Shown here: one piece after another, positions 19,162-28,905 of the stretch
How positions within the stretch are numbered: the stretch's first letter is position 1
Layout: the number at the start of each line of letters is the position of its first letter
NCBI GenBank assembly: GCA_965224575.1
Contig: CBDCZQ010000001.1
Span: forward strand, 94,798-158,797
DNA from: Methylococcales bacterium
GTDB lineage: Bacteria > Pseudomonadota > Gammaproteobacteria > Methylococcales > Methylomonadaceae
Reading direction: 5' to 3'
Length of the DNA: 64,000 bases
Translations under genes and position numbers: made by a program
The notes under the pieces: generated by a model
What the model was told of the DNA's origin: nothing
Databases searched by the model: none
Seen by the model: only the letters and a program-made list of their open reading frames with translations

Positions 19162-19988
19162 GAATGAATAAACTCCTGCACTCTCTATTTATCATTGTGT
19201 GCCTAGCTTTTTCTCAATTGTGCTGGACTGCAAATATTTTGAGAATGTCTACAACAACGAGTACGGAAAATTCTGGATTACTTGGGGTTTTAAATCCAGC
19301 ATTTGAAGCAAAATATAATATTAAAATGCATGTAATTCCTGTTGGTACAGGAAAAGCGCTTAAAATTGGTGGTAATGGTGACGTTGATATAGTCTTCGTT
19401 CACGCACCTAGCGCAGAATTAAAATATGTGAAACAAGGTGATTTTATTGATCGCTCTGCAGTGATGCATAATGATTTTGTAATTGTCGGCCCTGAAAATG
19501 ATCCTGCCGGTATTGCATCGACAAAAACTGTCACTGAGGCCTTAGCTAAGATTTCAGCCAATCAGTCCTCTTTTATTTCACGCGGTGATGACTCTGGCAC
19601 TCATAAAAAAGAAATACAGCTATGGAGAAATGCCCATATTAAACCAAATGGGGAATGGTATTTAGCCGTAGGCCAAGGAATGGGCTCCGTACTAAAAATG
19701 ACTAATGATCTGCAAGCCTACACATTAACTGATAGAGGGACTTTGCTTGCCTATTCCGATAAAATTTCGTTAAAAATTTTATCGGAAGGTGATAGCTTAC
19801 TCTATAACCCTTACCATATAATGGCTGTTAACCCTAAGAAACACCTATCAGTACAATATGATTTTGCACAAAAATACATCACCTTTTTGACCGGGAATGA
19901 AGGGCAGTCAATCATTAAAAATTTCCGACTCAGAGGTCAACCACTTTTTTATCCTGACGCAACGCCTCATGCCATACCAAAAAAATAA
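19149..19988 (+). CDS. tupA: Tungstate/molybdate-type ABC transporter periplasmic binding protein
   Basis: LRMSTTTSTENSGLLGVLNPAFE matches the TupA TTTSTxxSGLL anion-binding motif, followed by RGDDSGTHKKE. The likely start is ATG 19164 (MNKLLHSLFIIVCLAFS). The gene overlaps the end of the porin gene. Confidence 0.8.
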   Translation: MGILRMNKLLHSLFIIVCLAFSQLCWTANILRMSTTTSTENSGLLGVLNPAFEAKYNIKMHVIPVGTGKALKIGGNGDVDIVFVHAPSAELKYVKQGDFIDRSAVMHNDFVIVGPENDPAGIASTKTVTEALAKISANQSSFISRGDDSGTHKKEIQLWRNAHIKPNGEWYLAVGQGMGSVLKMTNDLQAYTLTDRGTLLAYSDKISLKILSEGDSLLYNPYHIMAVNPKKHLSVQYDFAQKYITFLTGNEGQSIIKNFRLRGQPLFYPDATPHAIPKK

Positions 19989-20004
19989 ATGTAGGCTTAA
20001 TTAA

Positions 20005-20697
20005 TTGGACTTTTTTTCTCAATCATTATCGGTTGCATTTAATCTTATTTTTCAATTTGACCCCAGCGTTTGGCGTGTAGTTTGGATTTCCCTGAAAATC
20101 TCACTTATTGCAGTCATTGTTTCTGCCGCATTAGCTATTCCGTTAGGAACATTTATTGCGATTAACAAATTTAAAGGAAAACAATTTTTACAACAAATCT
20201 TGAATACCTTGATGGCTATACCCACGGTAGTTATTGGTTTATTACTTTATGGTGTATTAAGTCGCCAGGGTATTTTAGGTGGTTTAGGACTGTTATATAG
20301 CCAATGGGCTATTATTCTTGGCGAATGCTTACTTATTTTTCCTATTATTGTTAATTTAACAATCGTGGCGATTCATTCATCCGATAGTCGATTAGTCCCT
20401 ACCTTGCTTTCATTAGGTGCAAATAAATGGCAGTTAGTAAAAGGGGTATTAAGTGAAACACGCTTTGCAGTTATGGCTGGATTAGTGACAGGGTTTGGTC
20501 GAGCAATTGGTGAAGTAGGTATTGCCATGATGCTAGGTGGAAATATTGAGGGCCATACTCGAACAATGACGACTGCAATAGCGTTAGAAACCAGCAAGGG
20601 GGAATTTGAGTCTGGTCTAGCCTTAGGGATATTGCTTTTGACAATCGCTTTTATTGTCAACATAGGGCTACAACAATTACAACGTGAAGCTGAATGA
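20005..20697 (+). CDS. tupB: ABC transporter permease (TupB-like)
   Basis: 230 aa with about 5 TM segments. The EAA-like loop is LSLGANKWQLVKGVLSETRFAVMAGLVTGFGRAIGEVG. Confidence 0.8.
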   Translation: MDFFSQSLSVAFNLIFQFDPSVWRVVWISLKISLIAVIVSAALAIPLGTFIAINKFKGKQFLQQILNTLMAIPTVVIGLLLYGVLSRQGILGGLGLLYSQWAIILGECLLIFPIIVNLTIVAIHSSDSRLVPTLLSLGANKWQLVKGVLSETRFAVMAGLVTGFGRAIGEVGIAMMLGGNIEGHTRTMTTAIALETSKGEFESGLALGILLLTIAFIVNIGLQQLQREAE

Positions 20698-21347
20698 CTA
20701 TGTTGTATCATCTAAATCATATACAGTTTGCTTATGCAAAAAAAACAGTTCTGGAAATTGAGCAGCTTGAAATTTCAGCCAACAATGTGACGGCTTTGTT
20801 AGGTAATAATGGTGCAGGAAAAAGCACCTTATTAAAGCTGCTAGCTTTTCTGGAAAGCCCACAGCAAGGACAGCTGTTATTTAAGGGTAAGAATACGAAT
20901 ACATCTTCATTATTATCTTTAAGAAAACGAGTGGTATTAGTTGCACAAAAGCCTTATCTGTTAAAAGGGACTGTTCTTGAGAATGTTTTATTAGGGCTAA
21001 AGTTTAGATCTATACCGCTCCAGCTAGCAAAAAAACAAGCACTTGAAGCATTAGAGTGGGTTGGGATTGCTAGTTTTTCAAATAGACCGGTGGCAAAATT
21101 ATCTGGAGGGGAGGCTCAAAAAGTCGCTTTGGCAAGAGCGCTTGCGCTTAAGCCAGAAGTCTTATTATTAGATGAGCCCTTTACTCATTTAGACCAAGAA
21201 AGTATTAAACATCTCAGCCATATAATTACACATTTTTCCCAATCTGATGGTCAGTCGGTGATATTTAGCGCGCATGATGGATTACATGTAACAACACTTG
21301 CTGAAAAAACTATATTTTTACGATCTGGTCGTTGTGTGAATACTTAA
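20694..21347 (+). CDS. tupC: ABC transporter ATP-binding protein (TupC-like)
   Basis: Walker A GNNGAGKST, signature LSGGEAQKV and Walker B LLLLDEP. ATGA start/stop overlap with tupB. Confidence 0.85.
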   Translation: MTMLYHLNHIQFAYAKKTVLEIEQLEISANNVTALLGNNGAGKSTLLKLLAFLESPQQGQLLFKGKNTNTSSLLSLRKRVVLVAQKPYLLKGTVLENVLLGLKFRSIPLQLAKKQALEALEWVGIASFSNRPVAKLSGGEAQKVALARALALKPEVLLLDEPFTHLDQESIKHLSHIITHFSQSDGQSVIFSAHDGLHVTTLAEKTIFLRSGRCVNT

Positions 21348-21364
21348 TAATTCTAAATTAAAGA

Positions 21365-22402
21365 TTATTTATCTTCAATTTTTTTCAATCTATTTTCCAG
21401 ATTTTTAAATCTCTTAAACAGTTGAGGTAGTTTGCTTAACGCAGCTAATTCTCTCCAGGCGACTTTTTTATCTTTTGCTGGGCTACCAAAAACTGTTTGA
21501 CAAGGCTCAACGTCACTAGCAACACCTGTTCTTGCCATAACCACAGTTTGATGCCCAATAGTCACATGATCCGCAAGAGCCGAACCTCCAGCCAATACAA
21601 CACCATCACCTAAGGTACAAGAGCCTGAAATTCCCACTTGCCCACAGATTATCGCATTTTTACCCACATTGATATTGTGTCCTAATTGTACAAGATTATC
21701 AATTTTTGTCCCTGCACCTATGGTACTTGCACCTAGTGCACCTCTATCTATACAGCTATTTGCTCCAATTTCTACATTATCTGCAATTATCACGTTTCCA
21801 ACATGGGGTACTTTAACATGCTCATTGTTACGATATTTATAGCCAAAACCATCAGCAGCAATAATTGTCCCAGAGTGAATGGTGACATTATTACCAATTT
21901 GGGTATTATCGTAGATCACAACATTGGGATAGAGACGGCAATTTTTACCAATCGTTACATTCCGCCCGATACTGACACTTGCAAAAATTTCTGTTCCATC
22001 ACCAATTGATGAATATTCTTCTATGGAAGAAAAAGCACTTATATGAATATCATTTCCAAGAGATACATTTTCCGCAATTGCCACTTGTTTTGAAATAGAC
22101 CTAGTCAATTTTGGTGTAGGGTGAAGTGCGCTAACTGCCTGTAAAAAACTAATCTCTGGGTCTTCACATAATAGTAAAACCAAATCTTTAGGTGCATCAT
22201 CCGTAGAAAATTGACTAGAGATAAAACAAGCCGATGCCTTGGTCTCTTTTAAATATTTTGTATATTTTTTACTACTTAATACAGTCACCTGATTTTCAGC
22301 TGCAGACATAATATCTGCTGCTGATACAATTTCTAAGGATTCATCACCCGCTTGAACTTCAGCTTTACAACGTTGGGCTAGTTCTTTAACTGTCAGTGTC
22401 AT
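21365..22402 (-). CDS. lpxD: UDP-3-O-acylglucosamine N-acyltransferase
   Basis: Left-handed beta-helix hexapeptide repeats (IGNNVTIHSGTII, IADNVEIGANSCIDRG, LVQLGHNINVGKNAII, GQVGISGS) and a C-terminal coiled tail. The preferred start ATG 22402 (MTLTVKELAQ) lies 1 nt after the upstream stop. The ORF track extends to 22438. Confidence 0.85.
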   Translation of the reverse strand: MTLTVKELAQRCKAEVQAGDESLEIVSAADIMSAAENQVTVLSSKKYTKYLKETKASACFISSQFSTDDAPKDLVLLLCEDPEISFLQAVSALHPTPKLTRSISKQVAIAENVSLGNDIHISAFSSIEEYSSIGDGTEIFASVSIGRNVTIGKNCRLYPNVVIYDNTQIGNNVTIHSGTIIAADGFGYKYRNNEHVKVPHVGNVIIADNVEIGANSCIDRGALGASTIGAGTKIDNLVQLGHNINVGKNAIICGQVGISGSCTLGDGVVLAGGSALADHVTIGHQTVVMARTGVASDVEPCQTVFGSPAKDKKVAWRELAALSKLPQLFKRFKNLENRLKKIEDK

Positions 22403-22403
22403 A

Positions 22404-24635
22404 TTATTTCCAGATTTCAATAATGTTAGTAAAGTCATCAGTCCATGGTTTTACACCAAAGTATAAAGGCAATTTTTGCCAATGTCCTGATTGGCTTTTG
22501 CGTAATGGTGCTAATGTTTCTGGCTGTTTAGCCATCACCACCCAGTCTGTGGCAAAAACTAAAGGTAAGTCTTGCTTCGGTTTAAATTCTTGTATTAAAG
22601 CGGATAGCTTCAAATACTTTACATGGTCTGAAATAACTTTTTTTAATTCCAGATGGCGATTGGTGATATGAAATGCCAAAATTCCATTAGGTTTAAGCTT
22701 AGCAAAATATAATTCCATCGCTTCCCGTGTTAACAAATGCATAGGAATAGAATCAGAACTAAAAGCATCGAGCATCAGTAAATCAAATTTTTGATCAACT
22801 TCCTTATTTAAGGATAAACGTGCATCTCCAACACTAAAAGTTGTATTTTTACTGCATCGTTTTAAATAGGTAAAGTAATCTGTATTTTGAGCGGTATCAA
22901 TGACTAAAGGATCAATTTCGTATTGTATCCAGTGTTGATTGTCTTTTGCATAACAGGCTAATGCACCGGCTCCTAAACCAACAACACCAATTTCCCAGCC
23001 GTTGTTTTGATTATCATAGGCTTTGAACAATTGACCCATTGGGCCTTGCCGACTGAAATAAGTTAAAGGTGTTGTCTGTAAATGAGCCGCCAGTCGTTGA
23101 GCACCATGTTTAGTAGTGCCGTGATAGAGTTCGTGGTACTTTTCTGGTCGTTTATTTTCATCCATCAACACACTTTCTCTGACTGATAACACACCAAAAA
23201 AACTACGTTCTTGGTACATAACATTAGAGATCAGGTTTTGTATGCCTAAAGTGAAAAATAAAATAACGCCTGTTAGTAACGCTAAAGTTACAGGGCGTGA
23301 TCGAAAAGCATAAATTAAACCAGCTAATAAAATAAGTCCATTAGTCGCGCCATAAACAAGCTCTTGAGAGAGCTTGTCACTAAAAAAATAAACTCCTAGC
23401 CCAATAAATAAAAGCAAAACAGGGAATAATTCTTGTAATCCTAATTTTTGTGTTCGTAAGCCAGGTCTTAATAATAAAGCAGCAACAATCATAATCGGAT
23501 ATTCATAAACGGCATTAAAAATAAACGGGGCAACAAATGTATTGAACATACCACCCAGCATACCGGCAAAGGACATAATGAGATAAAAATGGGTTAAATG
23601 CTTAGTGTGAGGACGATTTTTAGCCAACTCTCCATGACAAACCATAACCGCTAAAAAAAAGGACGTTAAATGAATAATAATATTAAGCCAGTAGGGTATT
23701 GCGCCGGGGTCTACAAAGGAATAAGCAATAAACGGTAGTAAAACAACAGGCTGCAACCACACCATAACAGGATGGATTTTATCTGCCCATTTTGAAAAAA
23801 CAAAAATATAGGTGAGTAAATATAACGTTAAAGGAATAATCCACAACAACGGAACAGATGCAACATCGGTACTAATAAAATTAGTCAATCCTAATAATAA
23901 GCTAGAAGGAACAAAGGCTAATGCAAACCAGTGCAATTGAGTTGATAACGGTAAGTCTTCTTCACTTTCAATTTCTGCTGAACTTTCAATAGTTGTTGTT
24001 TGCTGATTACGCCAAAGTACAAAAGCACAAGCAACTATCAATAAACATAAAAAACCAAAACCAAAACTCCAAAAACTTTTTTGTTGTAGTAAACCTATAT
24101 TCGGTTCTAATAAAAAAGGATAACTTAACAAAGCGATCATACTGCCAGCATTACTGGCGGCATAGAGATAATAAGGGTCTTCACTGGTATGATGTCCTAC
24201 CCCTGAAAACCATTTCTGCAATAAAGGAGATGTAGTAGAAACCACAAAAAAAGGTAAGCCAATAGCCAAAACCAAAGTCCACATAATCCAAAGAGTTGGA
24301 TCACTATCCGTGGGGGGTAAAGTGTTTTCAGGTAGTGCTATCGGTAAAGCAATCAGGCTGATTGCAACCACTATTGCATGAATTTGAATTTGACGATGTG
24401 GGCTAAATTTAGACGATAAAAAATGTGCGTACAAATACCCCAAAAACAAAATAGTCTGATAAAACACCATACAGGTATTCCATACAGCAGGAGAACCACC
24501 AAGCAGAGGGAGAAGAATTTTTCCAAACATCGGTTGAAGAACAAACATCAATGTTGCACTGATGAATAATGTCCCTGCAAATAATAAAATTAAAGTAAAA
24601 CTGCGATCAGATAATTGTTTTTGCATTGCATTCAT
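22404..24635 (-). CDS. Fused polytopic membrane protein / spermidine-synthase-like methyltransferase-fold protein
   Basis: 743 aa. The N-terminal ~480 aa has about 12 or more hydrophobic segments. The C-terminal domain carries VGLGAGALACY...YEIDP...GDAR...FDLLMLDAFSSDSIPMHLLTRE, like a spermidine synthase core. Confidence 0.75.
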   Translation of the reverse strand: MNAMQKQLSDRSFTLILLFAGTLFISATLMFVLQPMFGKILLPLLGGSPAVWNTCMVFYQTILFLGYLYAHFLSSKFSPHRQIQIHAIVVAISLIALPIALPENTLPPTDSDPTLWIMWTLVLAIGLPFFVVSTTSPLLQKWFSGVGHHTSEDPYYLYAASNAGSMIALLSYPFLLEPNIGLLQQKSFWSFGFGFLCLLIVACAFVLWRNQQTTTIESSAEIESEEDLPLSTQLHWFALAFVPSSLLLGLTNFISTDVASVPLLWIIPLTLYLLTYIFVFSKWADKIHPVMVWLQPVVLLPFIAYSFVDPGAIPYWLNIIIHLTSFFLAVMVCHGELAKNRPHTKHLTHFYLIMSFAGMLGGMFNTFVAPFIFNAVYEYPIMIVAALLLRPGLRTQKLGLQELFPVLLLFIGLGVYFFSDKLSQELVYGATNGLILLAGLIYAFRSRPVTLALLTGVILFFTLGIQNLISNVMYQERSFFGVLSVRESVLMDENKRPEKYHELYHGTTKHGAQRLAAHLQTTPLTYFSRQGPMGQLFKAYDNQNNGWEIGVVGLGAGALACYAKDNQHWIQYEIDPLVIDTAQNTDYFTYLKRCSKNTTFSVGDARLSLNKEVDQKFDLLMLDAFSSDSIPMHLLTREAMELYFAKLKPNGILAFHITNRHLELKKVISDHVKYLKLSALIQEFKPKQDLPLVFATDWVVMAKQPETLAPLRKSQSGHWQKLPLYFGVKPWTDDFTNIIEIWK

Positions 24636-25012
24636 ATTGGGGTTTAGAAAACTTATTATTTTTTTTCACTATGATAAATCATTTTGCTGTTTTTAGCTGT
24701 TTTCAACCCTTATTTGTCATAAATAAACAGGAATACCTCATTACTTATTCTTAAATAACACCTTTTATAAACTATTCAGGTTTTTAAATAACAGAAGTCA
24801 GTGTAGAATGGTATTTACTTAGGCCGTAAATACATTAAAAATCAATATGTTGTAATTAATTGTGTTAAGTAAATAATTAATTTTACTTTGGCCGTGATTA
24901 TTATTTTGAGCAGCATGATAAATAATGATCCCATTGTCTCCTTTTATAAATTTCAATCGTTACTATAGAGTAAGACATAGGGTCTTATATTTAATTAATC
25001 GAGGAGAAAATT

Positions 25013-25369
25013 ATGAAAGAATTTATGTTGATTTACAAAGGCGGGGATCCTGAATGGATGAAAAATGCATCTAAGGAAGAAATGGCAGCTTCAATGGCGC
25101 GCTGGGGTGCCTGGATGGGTGCGTTACAGGAAAAAGATCAATTGGCTTCTGGCGGTTCACCTCTCCAGTTTTCGGGAAAAAGACTGAATCAAGATGGTGT
25201 TGTCACCGATATATCGGCATCTGAATTTAAGGAATTGGTGACAGGGTTTTCTATTGTCAAAGCAAATGATATGGATGAGGCCATTTCAATCGCTAAAGAA
25301 TGTCCTATTTTTAATTATCCTGACATTGTGGTTGAAGTAAGGGAAGTGATGAATATAGAGTGCTCATAA
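25013..25369 (+). CDS. YciI/YCII-related (DGPF-domain) protein
   Basis: 118 aa: MKEFMLIYKGG...WGAWMGAL...GGSPL...GFSIVKANDMDEAISIAKECP. This is the typical partner of COG4941-type sigma factors. Confidence 0.7.
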   Translation: MKEFMLIYKGGDPEWMKNASKEEMAASMARWGAWMGALQEKDQLASGGSPLQFSGKRLNQDGVVTDISASEFKELVTGFSIVKANDMDEAISIAKECPIFNYPDIVVEVREVMNIECS

Positions 25370-25417
25370 CTTTCTGTTTTAATGATTATTTCTTTCCAGC
25401 TCCCTTAGGAGAAAAAC

Positions 25418-25690
25418 ATGACAATATTTCATATCGGTACACTCTATGCCAAGCCAGAACATACCGCTAATTTAATTAAATCGTTTGAAGGATTAAACCT
25501 AGCTCCAGGGCATATTGCACATAAATGCTATAGAGACCTTGAAGATAAAAATAAAGTAACACTAGTTGAAGAATGGGAAAGCAAAGCAGATCATGAGAAC
25601 TTTATTAACGCTTTTTCAGAAGAAGAAATGGAGCAATGGCTGAATATGCTTTCTCAAAAGGGTGAAGATTCATACTATGAAGTGATATAA
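25418..25690 (+). CDS. ABM-domain (antibiotic biosynthesis monooxygenase-like) protein
   Basis: 90 aa: ...LYAKPEHTANLIKSFEGL...VTLVEEWESKADHENFINAFSEEEM..., ferredoxin-like ABM fold signatures. RBS AGGAG. Confidence 0.7.
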   Translation: MTIFHIGTLYAKPEHTANLIKSFEGLNLAPGHIAHKCYRDLEDKNKVTLVEEWESKADHENFINAFSEEEMEQWLNMLSQKGEDSYYEVI

Positions 25691-25726
25691 AGCAGTTTAA
25701 TTACTTTTTAATTTTACTTTTCAATA

Positions 25727-25869
25727 TCACTTTTCAATTAAGAGACACTCTATTTGATGCATCATGACTTGATGTTCCTGTGGAGTGTCTCCCCTTTTCT
25801 TAGATTTATCAGCCAATAAATAAGTCCGTTTTGTATTGCCTGCTTTGGCATTTAAAAGAGGCAGTATAG
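25727..25869 (-). pseudogene. 3' remnant (47 codons) of the COG4941-type sigma factor gene
   Basis: The minus-strand translation ILPLLNAKAGNTKRTYLLADKSKKRGDTPQEHQVMMHQIECLLIEK* matches the C-terminus of the 31819-33087 product (ILAHLNAKAGNAKRAYLLADKSRKRGGTPQEHRVMMHQIERLLIEK*). Confidence 0.8.
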
Positions 25870-26032
25870 GTTATGTTTTTTGATGATCAAGATAAAGTCA
25901 ATAAAGCTATACAAATTAAAGTGAAGAATAAAATTCACTTTTTTTAACTATTTTGCATCTATTTTTCATTACTTCTCGTAATAAGTTATGAGTGAGATAA
26001 AAATCTCACGATAATCATACGAGGAGAAGACA

Positions 26033-27640
26033 ATGAAAAAAATAATCCATAGACCAACCGTTCTTGGGTTGGCGCTAGCATTAAGCTGTAATACTTATGC
26101 GGCAAATCACCGCGAAGCTCCCATTACAGCACTGGATCATAAAGCTGATATTACTGATGTTTTTGCTTTTGTCAGTTATGACAACCCAGACAAAGTCACC
26201 TTCATTATGAATGTTGATCCATTGCTGGAACCTGCTAATGGCCCCACGCGATTTCCATTTGATCCAGAGATTCGTTATAGCATTAAGATAGACAATAATC
26301 ATGATGCTATTGAAGACATTAGTTTTGATTTTCAATTTAATACTGATTTTCGTTTGCCAGGTGTTTTTGTCGGGTTAGTAGGTGTCGGAGATGGATTGGT
26401 AGCACCTGATAATTCACCTCTACCTGTGCTTCCCGGTACACCGATTGTTCCTCCAGCCATTACTGCATTGGACGGCCATGGTTCAGAAGGGCTAAATTTG
26501 ACTCAACAGTATACTGTGAAAATGGTGAAATACCGAAGGGGACGAGCTAAACATCATAAAAAACTGACTAAAGATCTTAAATTATATGCAGTACCCAACA
26601 ATGTTGGACCTCGAACCATGCCAGATTATGCTGCCTTGGTAGAGAAGGGAATTTATCAATTAAATAATGACATAAAAGTGTTTGCAGGCACTGTTGATGA
26701 CCCATTCTATATTGATTTAGGGGCTGTTTTTGATTCATTTAATTTAAGAACAGCTGCTTTTGAAACAGGTATCCCTGGAGTGTTGAACGACGCTCAAGAT
26801 AGTAATAATCAGCAAAACTTTGCACCTGATGATATTGCAGGATTTAATGTCAATAGTATTGCGATTGAAGTGCCCATTGCTTTAATTACTAAGGATGGAT
26901 ACAAACATGATGCGACAGACCCCGAAGCGACTATTGGTGTCTGGGCGACAACCTCAAGACCACGGGTTAAAGTATTATCCAGAAAACCTGGACGTGATGC
27001 CTATACATCACGAAGCATGGTACAAATTCAACGCATGGGAAACCCTTTATTCAATGAATTATTGATTGGTATTGGGTCTAAAGACAAATTCAGCATGAGT
27101 AAACCAAAAAATGATGTTCAATTTGCTAATTTTGCGCTTGACCCCGTATTGGCTCGAGTACTTAATGCACTATACGATACGGTCAGCCCAGGGGTTTTAC
27201 CCGTACCTGATGCGCCACGAAAAGATCTGTTGCCACTGGTTCAGTATATTCCACCTGTTGCCTCTGCGGATACACCTGCAGGCCCCGTTGCTGATCTATT
27301 ACGATTAAACACAGGGTTTCCAGCAACTGCCATGGCACAACGTAGCCGATTAGGTTTTCTAACACTTCTGGATGCTGATCCTGGCAATGATGATCCTGCT
27401 GGTTTTCCAAATGGACGACGTGTTTCTGATGATGTGGTCGATATTGCCACTAGAGCTGTTATTGGTGTTTTGGCTGGGGAAGACTTTAATCGATTCCCTC
27501 ATAATCGCGTGGGAGATGGCGTAAACACTAATGATGTGCCCTATAGAGAAACCTTCCCATATGTCGGTTTAGCTCATTCAGGATTGGAAAGCCGTCATGT
27601 TGATACGGGTGAGGCTGGTTGTACAGGCGTTTGTCCATAA
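26033..27640 (+). CDS. Secreted DUF4331-family protein
   Basis: Signal peptide ending TYAANHREAPITALDHKADITDVFAFVS, matching the characteristic DUF4331 N-terminus (SHREAP...D.TDVYAF). 535 aa. RBS GAGGAG. Confidence 0.75.
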   Translation: MKKIIHRPTVLGLALALSCNTYAANHREAPITALDHKADITDVFAFVSYDNPDKVTFIMNVDPLLEPANGPTRFPFDPEIRYSIKIDNNHDAIEDISFDFQFNTDFRLPGVFVGLVGVGDGLVAPDNSPLPVLPGTPIVPPAITALDGHGSEGLNLTQQYTVKMVKYRRGRAKHHKKLTKDLKLYAVPNNVGPRTMPDYAALVEKGIYQLNNDIKVFAGTVDDPFYIDLGAVFDSFNLRTAAFETGIPGVLNDAQDSNNQQNFAPDDIAGFNVNSIAIEVPIALITKDGYKHDATDPEATIGVWATTSRPRVKVLSRKPGRDAYTSRSMVQIQRMGNPLFNELLIGIGSKDKFSMSKPKNDVQFANFALDPVLARVLNALYDTVSPGVLPVPDAPRKDLLPLVQYIPPVASADTPAGPVADLLRLNTGFPATAMAQRSRLGFLTLLDADPGNDDPAGFPNGRRVSDDVVDIATRAVIGVLAGEDFNRFPHNRVGDGVNTNDVPYRETFPYVGLAHSGLESRHVDTGEAGCTGVCP

Positions 27641-27717
27641 TAAATATTTTGTCCATTAGTTCATAATATTGGACTAATGGGCTTAAACCATAAAGCCTAA
27701 ATAAATGGAGAAAAATT

Positions 27718-28905
27718 ATGAAAAATTCTCATGTTATTTTAATGCTTCTGACCGTGATGTCCGGGTTCACTCATGCCCAACCTTTTATACCTAAAGATGA
27801 TGGCCTAGTTTTGGAAAGACTTCCTGAGCAACTTTTTCAATCCAAAACTAACACAACAATTAAGCGGCTTAGAGCTCAGCTTAATTCTAATCCGCAAGAC
27901 TGGTTATCTGCCCGTCAATTAGCCTTACATTATATTGAGTTATCAAAAACTCAATCTGACCCTCGATATATGGGCTATGCACAAGCCGTATTAAAACCAT
28001 GGTGGGAAATACCACAACCAACAATACAGGCATTAATTTTACGAGCGATTATTCGTCAAAATGCCCATGATTTTAAGGGTGCACTTAATGATTTGGAGCA
28101 AGTTTTAAATGTGCAGCCTAGTCATACTCAAGCGAATTTAATCAAAGCCACTATTGCAACAGTACAAGGCAATTACCAAACAGCTATACAACATTGCCGA
28201 CAATTAATGCGTAGATCATCAATACTCTTGACCTTGATATGTCAAAGCACACCAGCAAGTTTAAGCGGCAAGGCAGAAATTAGTTATCAATTATTAAACC
28301 AGACCTTATCAGCTACATCACCGATGCCTGAGAAAGAAAAAACTTGGGCGTGGACTTCCTTAGCTGAAATTGCCTGGCGACTTGGCAAATTTAAAGCGGC
28401 TGAAGGACATTTTCAGGTGGCGATGAAAATCGGCGTAAGAGATATGTATTTACACAAGGTTTATGCTGATTTTTTGTTGCAACAACAACGCCCAGATGAA
28501 GTAGTACAGTTAATTGACTCAGATACTCAAGTTGATTCATTGTTGTTGCGGTTAACACTCGCTGAGCAAATGACGGGGGCTACGAAACTAACTAAGCATA
28601 TTGCTATATTAAAAGAACGCTTTAAGGCCAACCGAAAAAGGGGATCAACATTACATCAAGGGGATGAGGCAAGGTTTCTATTGTATCTACTAAATCAGCC
28701 ACAAGCAGCCCTGAAATTAGCTAAACAAAACTGGCAAGTTCAACGCGAGTCTCCTGACACCTATATCCTGTTGCAGTCAGCAATAATGACTAATGATTTT
28801 GCAACAATTGAGGACATTAAATATTGGCTGGAAAAACAAGGGACGGAAGATGTGTTGATAAAGCAAATGTTGGCAACGCATGAGGATATGAGTCATGAAA
28901 CCTAG
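27718..28905 (+). CDS. Secreted TPR-repeat protein
   Basis: Signal peptide MKNSHVILMLLTVMSGFTHAQ. Helical-repeat composition throughout. It overlaps the next gene by 11 nt. Confidence 0.6.
   Translation: MKNSHVILMLLTVMSGFTHAQPFIPKDDGLVLERLPEQLFQSKTNTTIKRLRAQLNSNPQDWLSARQLALHYIELSKTQSDPRYMGYAQAVLKPWWEIPQPTIQALILRAIIRQNAHDFKGALNDLEQVLNVQPSHTQANLIKATIATVQGNYQTAIQHCRQLMRRSSILLTLICQSTPASLSGKAEISYQLLNQTLSATSPMPEKEKTWAWTSLAEIAWRLGKFKAAEGHFQVAMKIGVRDMYLHKVYADFLLQQQRPDEVVQLIDSDTQVDSLLLRLTLAEQMTGATKLTKHIAILKERFKANRKRGSTLHQGDEARFLLYLLNQPQAALKLAKQNWQVQRESPDTYILLQSAIMTNDFATIEDIKYWLEKQGTEDVLIKQMLATHEDMSHET

Larger units (their letters stand above)
25242..25869. repeat. Copy A of a ~620-bp direct segmental duplication (partner 31355-31961)
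   Basis: Alignable by eye along its whole length with 31355-31961. There are scattered substitutions, a divergent patch in the spacer between the YciI stop and the ABM start, and a 12-bp indel (ATATCACTTTTC-type) after the ABM stop. Flanks diverge abruptly at both ends. Confidence 0.85.
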
